From contig CT868668.1 of assembly GCA_000165425.1 (NCBI GenBank), positions 248,001-312,000 of the forward strand: a DNA stretch of 64,000 nt, read 5' to 3'. Source of the DNA: Paramecium tetraurelia. Its lineage: Eukaryota. Position 1 is the stretch's first letter; every line of letters begins with the position of its first letter. Below the pieces are notes generated by a model that worked only from the letters and a program-made list of their open reading frames with translations, did no database searches and was not told where the DNA came from. The translations under genes were made by a program, and so were the position numbers. This document shows positions 53,822 to 64,000 of the stretch, piece after piece.

Positions 53822-54115
53822 ATGGCTGAAGAATCCGTCCCTTTAACTATTAGCCAAGGCCAGAAGAATTATAAAACAAGTTTAAATAATGAAAGAGAAT
53901 CTTCTTAATTTTTCTGCAATAAGTGTTCAAAAGTTTAGGAATCAATGATTGATCATAAAGTTGGAACTTGGACATTAATTTGTTGTGGTATCTGGTGCAT
54001 CTTGACATTCATCGGAGGATTGATACCCTTTTGTTGTAAACCCTGCAAAGATGTCGTTCAATATTGTCCAGAGTGCAATCAAAAAGTAGGAGAGGCTCCA
54101 TTTACTCCTTGTTGA
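53822..54115 (+). CDS. LITAF-domain protein
   Basis: FCNKC...HKVGTWTLICCGIWCILTFIGGLIPFCCKPCKDVVQYCPECNQKVG. Confidence 0.92.
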
Positions 54116-54153
54116 AATATTCATTGAACAATATTAATATAAATTTATTATAA

Positions 54154-54540
54154 TCATAGACTCGACGAATCATCTATTTTAGTTATTTCAGCCTTCTTAT
54201 TAACTCGTAACATTTTTGAAAACGAAGAAATAGTTAAAATATATCCTAATATGCAATAAAAAATAAAAGTTGGCTTTTGAGAACACTCCTTTTCCTATAC
54301 TGCTATCACATTCATTGAAACCGTCTCTCCAGCTATTAGAAAAGTAATAAATAAAGCCCATTTGTTAAATTATTAATGTTGAAGTATTGATCTCAATAGT
54401 ACATTAAATATCCAAAAACATGCTTAAATGTTCCCATACATATCACAATTGTATTGATTCCAATGAATAAACAAATGGCCTAACAATTGAATGATTAAAA
54501 GAAATAATGCTAAATCTATGGTTCTAAAACAATAATTCAT
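54154..54540 (-). CDS. Small multi-pass (about 4 TM) membrane protein
   Basis: 128-aa open frame MNYCFRTIDLALFLLIIQLLGHLFIHW... with four hydrophobic stretches. Confidence 0.6.
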
Positions 54541-55436
54541 TAATTATATTATATATTTATATATTCCCTCTTATTCTATATGGGCATTATTCAAAAAATC
54601 GTATACTATAGACCCTATATATTCTAGAAAAAATCTTTAATTGTTAATAATTTAGACTTAAATTGTACCTAAATTTGAATAAATATAATTGTGCTTATGG
54701 TAGACAGAAAATTATGATGACCATCACAAAATAAATTTGTTTCGTATTTCAAGAGCTCATAGACCATATATGAAAATAATGTAGTTAGACTTCTCATAAG
54801 AATTTCTATGTATTTTTCGTTTTTATACTAGATCTTTCCTTAATAATCAAAAGGGGTTTACTATAATGAAATTTAATTCAATTTATATAATAACCAAGCA
54901 GTAATATCATTCTTATTAATTATCTTAATTTTGATTGGAATAAAATAATTAGTAAAATCTGTATTTCTCTTACTTTGAACTTATGAATCTTAAAATTACA
55001 TTCATCCAAAGAAGATATACAAATAGATCCATTATTATGTCGATAAATCAAATAACATGGAAAGTTAACTAAATATAGAATTTTTTATTGGATATTTTCA
55101 TAGAAAATTGATAAAATTAATTTTGAATTCCATAATTTTCTTATAAATATTCTAGATTGTCATTTAAACATCTTTATTGTAATTAGTTTCGATATTAGAA
55201 GAACTAACTTATATGTAATTGCTTTTGATGAGATGTGAAAAAAAAAGAAATTTAGATTTAAGATATCGAAATAATTATTAATTGAACAGCATATTCAAAG
55301 TTTATAAAATAGTAGAGAATTATTAATGTCCTTTTTATTTTGATTTTTTTGGTTATTATGTGGCATAAGGCTTGAAATATAATTTTAATAATAAAAATAG
55401 TTCGTTAAATTATTAATGTATTTGGCTTAGAAATAG

Positions 55437-57273
55437 ATGTACTCATAACATCCATCTTACACAAATGGATCATCACAGAATGTTAAAAAGATGATAGAGA
55501 ACTTTTCATATGGGCTTCATTAGCAAATTGGAAAAGGATTCAGCAGCAAGGTTTATAAAGGACAAAATGAAGTGACAGGTGAAACAGTAGCTATTAAGGT
55601 AATATGAAGTCTATTTAGGTAATCGACAAAGCCTTACTGAAGACACCTCTACATCATGCCTTGTTGCAAAGTGAAATCGAGGCACTTAGCACATTAGATA
55701 GTCAATACATAATGAAATTGTATAAAGTATGGTTTAGTCTTATGCCTATAGGTATTTCAAACATAAAATAACACTTACTTGATAACAGAGTTTTGTGAAA
55801 ATGGTGATTTGGGAAGTAAATTAACCAAGATTGGTAAGTTCCCAGAGCAACAAGCTCAAAATGTTATCTTCGGGATGGTTAAGGCCTACAAATTACTGAA
55901 ATAGAACGGTATAATACACAGGGATATTAAACCTGCTAATGTGTTATTGTCAGCATGTGGAACTCCTAAACTAGCAGATTTTGGATTTGCAACAACTCCT
56001 AATTCTCCTCCATTGTTGCCTAACGTAAATGTTGGTAGTCCTCTATATATGAGTCCATAAGCCCTGAAAAACAACAAGTATTCTGATAAATCTGACATTT
56101 GGGCTATTGGAGTTTCTGCATTCGAAATAATATTTGGGTAAGTACCTTGGCAAGCAACAAGTGAAAAAGAATTAGCATAAAAAATGGTGAGTGTACCATT
56201 ATCATTCCCCTCATCAACTAAAGTTAGTTAAGAATGCAAAGAATTTATTAAACGCTGTTTAGTAGTTGGTGAATAAGAAAGAGCATCAATAGATGAACTA
56301 GAAAAACACCCTTGGATTAGAGGACCTGAATTAGCATTCTAAGTCAATAAATAACCAGCCTTAATGAAATAAAAAACATTAGAATAGCCAAAAGAAGGCA
56401 AAGAAAATAGTGCCAAAAAATTGCCTGGAGATTCTATTCATAGAAGTGGAAAGAAACATACTACTCAAATCACTAAGCCATTAGGTTAATAATCTAAATA
56501 AAGTATTTTCATTTGTTTATCTCTTAGCTGAAACTAGTTGTTTTGAAATTAAAAGTAACTCTACCAATATTGAATATACCATTATGTCTTAAATCAATTT
56601 TTGCAAGTACTTATTCAGAGTTGCAAATTTGATTGAAAGTACCAATCTATTTAGAACTGATTTGCTCAGGGATAAGTTATTATTCTTTGCAATCAAAAAT
56701 ATCATGATCAAAATGTATAAACTTAAAGACATTGTAAATTATATTAATCTATTTTAGGATTCAAACTCTCTTGATATTCAAGGTTTTGATGCATACAAGG
56801 CTTCAAATTAGTTTTAATCAATATAAATTACAATCTAGTAAAACTTTACTAAATACTAATCATATTTTAAGAACATCTGGTCTTCATTATAATAGAATAA
56901 AAATGAATTATCAATTGATAAAAAGTTCGATGCTGTTTTTGATGAAAATTTCACTGAATTCGAATCCTTTTACATCATTTTCAATTCTGTATTGCGTCAA
57001 GCAATAAAAGAGTTACAAAAGGAAATTGATAGAAAATTGGGCTCAGATGATTTATCCAAAAGTCTCCCAATTGACATGGAAAAGGATGTGGTCTTATTAG
57101 ATTACTTAGTAACATACTTTTAATTATCACAATTGACTTTAGAGACCTTTAACAAACCTTATGAATTCGCTTAGAAATCAAAAATAGAACATATAGCAGA
57201 AGGAAGTCCTGTAAGATTGACTTATGGACACTTCATTGAAATCAAAAATAAAATGAGTGACTTAGAAGTTTGA
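55437..57273 (+). CDS. Ser/Thr protein kinase (ULK/CAMK-like) with helical C-terminal extension
   Basis: [59 protein letters not shown]. Confidence 0.95.
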
Positions 57274-57574
57274 TTTTATATTTTACTTTATGGAATATTA
57301 ATTTTATTTTTTATCCCTATTAATTTTTATCAAATCTTTACTAGAAGACTTAACATTTACAGAACACTGTTCAAATATCAAAACATTAAATACTCACTTA
57401 AATTAATAATAAAATGATTTGATCCAGAGTAATGGAATAAATCGATTTCGATTTATAGATCTAATGATTTGGTTATTTAATAGAAAATAAAAATATACTT
57501 AAATGATTTTCCATATCTAATTAATTACAATTAATCTTGAATTTATTACTAATTATAATTAATATTAATATAAA

Positions 57575-57945
57575 TCATATAGAATCAATTTGTTGTAAAA
57601 TCAAATCATAGTAAGTATTATCCAAATCAGCCAAAGCCATGAGACGTTTATCTTCTTAATTATTGACTATTGCTGATGCTTCAAATCTCTTAATGCTATT
57701 ATGATTAAATAGAATTTACATCATTTTTGAGTCAACATTTTTTTCATGAAAACTTGTGTACTTTGTTCTGCATTGTGGACATTAGTGACTTTTTTCAGAC
57801 CACTTTCGAATACATTCAAAACAGAATGAATGATTGCATTAATCCATAAATACCTAACAATTAAGAATTCTGATCCTACTTAATTAGACATCAAGTTTAA
57901 GCATATTACACATCTCATTTCTGGCTAGGCACTGTTTAGATTCAT
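57575..57945 (-). CDS. Small C3HC4 RING finger protein
   Basis: RCVICLNLMSNQ, intron, VFMDQCNHSFCFECIRKWSEKSHQCPQCR. Confidence 0.85.
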
Positions 57946-58029
57946 CTCAATTAGATTATTATTATATTAATAAGTTTGAATATTTGAAAATAGCTTTTAT
58001 AGTCTATTTTATGGATTGAAACAAAACAA

Positions 58030-59881
58030 TCAATCATTGTCTGAATCCCACATTTTTGGATCTAATTCGTTACCACCATACTCATCTTCAAATGCCATAT
58101 CACCTCCATCTTGTAACCTATTTTATTGGATTTAGAACATACATGAGCTCTTGTTCATTCAATTGTTCAATCCATAACTAATTGTATTCTGTAAATTTGA
58201 TTTCTTTGATTTTTTCGCATAATTCTTAATCATATTCTCTTAGTATATCTAAGACTTCTTCTGACATCTACTAAACCTTTTTGTTTTTATCATTTAATTA
58301 TTATATTATCTGAATTAGGATTTCATCCCTCAAAATATGTATATTCTTACTATTCCAAAATTTATGATATTCCTATTTTATGAAACAGAAATTAGTGTAG
58401 ACAATACAAATACTGTACAACAAATTCATCATCGTCACCCTTTTCTACAAAAACTTAAGACAAAGCATTCAATATTCGACTCTTAAAGAGTTTTTCAGCT
58501 GCATTTTGTTGGGATGTAATAGATGATACCAACATCATTGTTTCTAACACAATGTCGTCCTCAGCCATTCCAACAGCTAGATTATTATGGAGAAACTCAA
58601 TAAATGGTTCATTCAATAGTTTTATCCAATTTTCTTATAAATCTAATGCACTCATAATCCCTATGATTTCAAATTTAATATCCTCTTCCTTTCCCTATGT
58701 AACTAATAGTTTCATAAAATGTCTCACAAACCCTTTAGCACACGTCTACACTTCTGGATTTGTCGAGTTTTCAATTACTCCTTTCACAAATCTAAATAAT
58801 AAGATATCTGAATTCGTAATAGCCCTCTAAACTATTTATTAAAATTCTTGCTCCGTAATATGATCTACATTTCTTGAGCTTGTTGACAAATTAACAGCCA
58901 AAGCAATTAATTCCTTTCCAATCACTGGTTCAGGGAAGTGCAGCATTAGTTTTACTACCAAAGTCATGCATTCAGTAAAACCAAAAGTTAATCTGATTTT
59001 ATCATCTAAAGTAAGTAAATACAACAACACAATTGAAACAAACCGATAATTTGGTATCTTCAGCATCTTCACAATATCTGGAATAAATCCATTCTATTCT
59101 ATTTATAATCGTGCTTCAGTGTCAAAACTTAAATTTTTAAGAACACCTATTATATTTATATCAATAAAAAACCTAAACTTAATTGTAGCAATACATTATT
59201 ATCAGCACTGAAGAATCTCTTTAATTTCCTAATGCAATTCTCTTCAACCATTTACAATTTACATTCATTAACAATGCTCAATTTTTTCAGAAACAACAAA
59301 GTTACTATTAATAAATAGAAATTATTTCTTTCTAACATTCTAAGCAAAAATGTTATGATCTTCCTCTTCCTCATCTTATTCTCTATGATGGGATCTTCTG
59401 CCATATTCATCAGAATTGTAAAACCAACATAAAATAGCTTCTCTTATTTTGCTATCATTAAATTTAATTTTCTTAATTCTTATAACTGCTGTGGTTAACC
59501 TTGTTTTTCCATCAATTCTGCATATCTCAAATCAAATCTCTAGATTTGAGACTCTATTATTTTCATTGTAATATCTCCGATTTAATGCTCAGATAATATT
59601 TAATGAAATTCTAAATAATTTGACACAATGTAAAAAACGCATAATAAATATAGACAAAGTTCTGTTGATTTTTTATGTTCATCTCTCAAAGTTCTAGATA
59701 TTGTTGATAAGAATTATTCTTATATGCATTATTTTAAATAAATACCATGAGATATTAATAATTCGAGGTTTTCTTATCGAGCAGCCAACCCAAGTATTTT
59801 CTTTGCTGCCTCCTTCTTAGGCTCTATTTTCTCGTCATAAAATGCTTCCAATAATTTCTCTAGCAAATCTTCAGAATCCAT
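58030..59881 (-). CDS. KIFAP3: Kinesin-associated protein (KAP, kinesin-2 accessory subunit)
   Basis: LLEAFYDEK...ENLEYL; RTLRDEHKKSTEL; GKELIALAVNLS; AEDDIVLE; EKGDDDEFVVQYLY; acidic C-terminal tail. Confidence 0.9.
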
Positions 59882-59922
59882 TTATTTATTTATATTATAT
59901 CAATAATTGCTAAAATGAATAT

Positions 59923-60615
59923 TCATATCAATTAGCAGCAGGAATTTGATTAGGCTGGCTATTGAGCTTTTTTAGAATCCATGATCTCTTTCTACTTTTT
60001 ATCGTAAGCAATTTTTATTGCCGTATCAAATAAGGGTTTTAATCCTTCCTAAGTTAAGGCCGAAACTTCAAATAATTGAGCATTGATACCCTTTACTAAT
60101 TATTCGGCCTTGAATTACTAAATATTTAATTACAGCTGATTTTTTAATGTGTCTTGAATTACCCTCATCTCTCATATCAATTTTATTTCCTACAATTAGC
60201 TTTGGAACTTAGGCTAATTTATCTTTGTTCAATTCAGGATACCACTACAGTTTAAGTTTAAGATTACTTTATCAAGTGCATTCTAAAAAGTGGTGTTCTC
60301 AGTTACTGAATAAACAATTAAAAACACATCAGTTCCATCATAACTCAATTATCGAACTTGATTATATCCTTCCTATCCAGCAGTATCCCTAATTTAATAA
60401 TGTCATACCATAAACTTAAATTAACCTGTTATCCATTAACACTAACTTTGGATTAATAATTCTCAAAAACAGTTGGTACATAATCAGTTGGGAATTTATC
60501 TGTTGTATAACTATAAATAATCAAGTTTTAAACTGATTTACCTCAATAATATGCAGGTTTTTCCGACTGATCCATCTCCGACTACTAACAATTTTATTGT
60601 TAAAGGTTCTGCCAT
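59923..60615 (-). CDS. Rho-family (Rac-like) small GTPase
   Basis: IKLLVVGDGSVGKTC, YTTDKFPTDYVPTVFENY, LSLWDTAGQE, VGNKID, EVSALTQ, CaaX CQLI*. Confidence 0.95.
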
Positions 60616-60786
60616 TTTTAAAAAAATAATTATTATTATTTATATGTTCAATAATAATATAATAAACATAAAATATTTCCATAATTTTTATACTGTTAGG
60701 AAATTATTCCTGTTTATTTTCAAGCAAAACTTCATGAAAAAGTACAATAATTTATCAAAGTAAGTTTATTAAATTAATATTTATAA

Positions 60787-61135
60787 TCATTTGATTACTT
60801 TTTTAGATTTCACTTGATCATTATATTTCTAAGAATGTTCTAATTTATGCAAAACTGAGGAATTGCCTTATTTTTTTGTCTGAAACTTTGTTTTCATGCT
60901 TAAAGTACTCTTCGTATTTGTTTGGGCTTCTTCTTAGTACTCCTCTTTGATGATCAATTGGTCATTTTAATTTGCACTTTAGTTCGTAAATCGAAGTTAT
61001 TAACTAGTATTGCTGTATATACTTAACTAAAACTATAGTAATTAAGGAATATAGAACTGTTTGAGTAATTATCTAAATATTATATAATTCTTACTGTAAA
61101 GTTGAGCTTAATTACAATTAATTGCTGATCTGCAT
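60787..61135 (-). CDS. Small hypothetical protein
   Basis: MQISNQLQLSSTLQ, 22-nt intron, QLLKQFYIPQ...KSKKVIK*; no recognisable family. Confidence 0.4.
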
Positions 61136-62533
61136 TTTCTTGTTTGTGTAAATGACAAATAATTTTATAAATTAATATAATGAATTTTTTTCTCCAAAAT
61201 TTATGAATTATGAATTTATCATATCTTTTATTTTATAATACCAAATAAATCATAAATTTTATAATTTAATTCATTTTTAGAAAAATGGCAAAAAGAAAAG
61301 GCAAATAATACAATTTCAAAAATTTTAATACATTCTTAATTTATTTTATAAAAAGAGTCCTCTCGATGATCCTCATTTGATTAGCAATAGCAATTATGAA
61401 TTTCTGTTCTACTTCTTAACATAAATGGAAAACAAATGCATGAAAAGTTAGATTAAAAGATTTTAAGATTTTTAAATTTACTATTTTCTATTTCTAAATG
61501 CAAAATAATAAATAATATTTTTCCTTTTACTTCACTTAAATTGATATTAGAAGAAATTATTTATTAGAAATTAAACTCTGACTATTATTCAAGATAAATT
61601 AATTAAAATTAATTTGATAAGAACTCTTAGTTGAGATTATAATTTGATTGAAATATTAAAATGTTCTTTGAAAATTGATAAAATAGGAAATGGTAAAATT
61701 TGAAAATATAAAAAACAAGTAGTCTTAACCAAAAGGAATTAATTAAAGTCAATTTTTTGAATTGAAAATAATAATTAAGATAAACCTTGATTGGAATTAA
61801 TTCTTCTAAAACTTGGGGAAGTATTATCAGTTTATAGAATAATTAAGTACTCTAACATTAGCTTTGATAGAGTCTTCATTGTTAAATAATATTGATTTAA
61901 GAAAAAACTAATATATACTAAAAATAATAATTAAGTAAACTTCAAAACCCTAATAGAACAAAACTACTGATGAATGAGCCTATTACGTATTTTTAAGATA
62001 ATTTAAATTGTTTCTATCAGAAGGGATATTTTTTATATTAGACTGCTGCTATCCATATAAATCCCTTTCTTGTAATAATAATTAAATTTCTCCATGGAAT
62101 ATCTAAATTAAATAGAAATGCAAAAATGATATTATGTTTCTTAAGTATCTTCTAAAATACATTCAAAGTAAATATTATATTGGTTTGAGAAAAATGGAAA
62201 GGTTAAGAATAGAGCTTAAAATAGTAGTTTTCGATATCTATAGCAATTAATAAAAAATAATAATTATTAACAAATAAGAATTCTGGAAAAACGAGAGAAC
62301 TCAATTATCTTAAACTTACTTTGTTTGGAAAATTATTGTCTCTTGCATAGAATTTCTTTAATCAAATTCAAATAATCGATATTAATTTAGATTTTATAAA
62401 ACTCGAATCTTTAAGTTCTATCACATACAATTAGATTGTGAAAATCGATATCAAATTGAAGTTTTCTATTTCTCCTTTAGAATGCATAAGTTCAACATTA
62501 ATGGGATTATTATAATATAATTTATTATTTTAA

Positions 62534-62875
62534 ATGATAAGATATTAGTGTATATAATGCAATTATATATAAAACTATGATGGTAAATGTGAAAAGTGTG
62601 AGAATTGGAATAAATAATAGAAACAAATAGAAACATATAAAAGAGTCAACAGATAAATTGAGGAAAATTTATCAACAGAGATTGTCTGCTGTGGTATAGG
62701 ACAAGAATAAAGACGTAAATTTATTGTCTCCTTAATTATTGCATGCCTTTTAATTTCCATCATCTTCTATTTTGGTGAATTTGGTGACAATTCTGAGGAT
62801 GTAGCAAGAGTTTTTCTCTGCATAGGAATAGTCATCTCTATCTTAGGGTGCATCATTATAAAATGCTGTGGCTGA
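62534..62875 (+). CDS. Small zinc-ribbon protein with two C-terminal TM helices
   Basis: MIRYQCIQCNYIQNYDGKCEKCENWNK...FIVSLIIACLLISIIFYF...VFLCIGIVISILGCIIIKCCG* (113 aa, intronless). Confidence 0.7.
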
Positions 62876-63314
62876 GGAGAAGAAATCAAAGATAGATAGA
62901 ATGAGAGTATAATATGTTAAAAACTTAAATAAGAGTGACTTTTAAATATTCTATATATCCTGAATGGGTTAACATTTATCTTAAATGTATATCTCATTAG
63001 TGGTTTCCACTTTATTTGAAAGCAGGTTACTGCAATTAATTACATGCTTCAATCAGACTTTTTTGAATCAATTTCAATATCTATGACCAAAATAATTATA
63101 ATGTTCCTTCAAAATATTTTCCGTTCATCGTTTTAAATTTATCACACCTAATAATAGACTAAATCCTTATTTTTATTATTTTCCCCGCACTTTTAATCCT
63201 TTATTAGATATATCATCTCCTAATGTAATCTTAAGCTTATCTTTAAAAAAGGTTCTTTTTATTCTACAGAGAACATTTTATTTGGCATTAGCTATTTATA
63301 AATTACTTATTTAC

Positions 63315-63880
63315 ATGGATATCAAAAATGACTTTGTTGAACATGTAATAAAGTCAAAAGATTTATGCATATATATTAGAATATTTGATGAAATCTATGA
63401 TGAATTAATTTCCTTCTAAATATTTCAAATAATTACTCAATAAAAATTAATAACAGCCTTATGAGATTATAATAGCCACCTCCAATAAGCTAGTAAACCT
63501 TTAGTTTCGGTCAAGCCAATTCTTTCATTCAAAGAGTTTAATAAACCTAGCCAATCATCAGAGTAAATTAACCATGCTTTAGAGTCTATACTTAACCGAT
63601 GCAAAATAAGAGACAATCAAAGAGTCCCTTCTAAAGAGGATATGATATGTAAGAAGAAAACAGAACCTTGAAAATATACATATTACAAATGGAACAAACT
63701 TTGGCGAATCTTTAGAAGAAGTATCTCTTTTTTTATAAGTTTAGCAATAAAAGACTCTTGCTTTCATAATAATTAAAAGAAAATTCTCATTTAAGAGATG
63801 AGATTTAGAAGCTTAAAACAGAAATATCCACTGAGCTTGCAGAAAGAGCGTATTTAGAAAAGGTTTGTTAGAAATTATGA
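63315..63880 (+). pseudogene. Probable degenerate coiled-coil gene
   Basis: ATG, intron-like segments and a coding-like 3' end (EENRTLKIYILQMEQTL...ERAYLEKVCQKL*), but the middle needs frame changes and hits TGAs. Confidence 0.35.
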
Positions 63881-64000
63881 TTTGGTAAATATTATTATAT
63901 GACTACTTAAATACGCTTATATAGAATTATAATTTTATATGCGATTTATTTCTATTTGTACCAAGTAAATATGTTATTTACACTTCTGATTACCTACTTT

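Noticed and set aside
3117..59881. Apparent clustering of ciliary genes (p28 x2, LC7, LRRC23-like, CFAP97-like x2, KAP)
   Set aside because: They are interspersed with unrelated genes and ciliary genes are abundant in ciliates; I cannot support enrichment without a genome-wide test.
61285..62450. AT-rich, coding-like + strand region
   Set aside because: Multiple TGAs with no consistent exon structure or motif.

Overview
This is AT-rich, very gene-dense eukaryotic DNA from a ciliate macronucleus, almost certainly Paramecium. TAA/TAG read as Gln and TGA is the only stop. Introns are tiny (about 20-31 nt, GT..AG), and the window carries an epiplasmin and a trichocyst matrix protein. The supplied standard-code ORF track therefore shows only fragments, so I re-read both strands by hand with genetic code 6. 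About 48 coding loci can be supported. Recognisable ones include two axonemal dynein light chain p28 paralogs, MED31, roadblock/LC7, TIM17, an acyl-CoA thioesterase, GPKOW, ERD2, proteasome beta5, an LRRC23-like protein, an SLC37-like transporter, diacylglycerol kinase, a TTL-like ligase, VAMP7, a PZP/PHD scaffold, PP2C, histone H2B, OSCA/TMEM63, LITAF, KAP and Rac. I saw no tRNA, rRNA, telomere repeat, CRISPR array or transposon. The most notable oddities are: an in-frame TGA at an apparent Cys position in an otherwise intact GPI-anchored surface protein; frameshifts in TIM17 and ERD2; a signal-anchored TTL-family ligase; a receptor-like PSI/TM/RING-H2 E3; a membrane-anchored inactive insulinase; a RadA/LapB-like zinc-ribbon membrane protein; and two convergent genes whose stops share one TCATGA palindrome. 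I found no single clearly novel multi-gene system. All family calls come from motif recognition by eye, not database searches, and coordinates are hand-derived (starts may be off by a codon or an exon).
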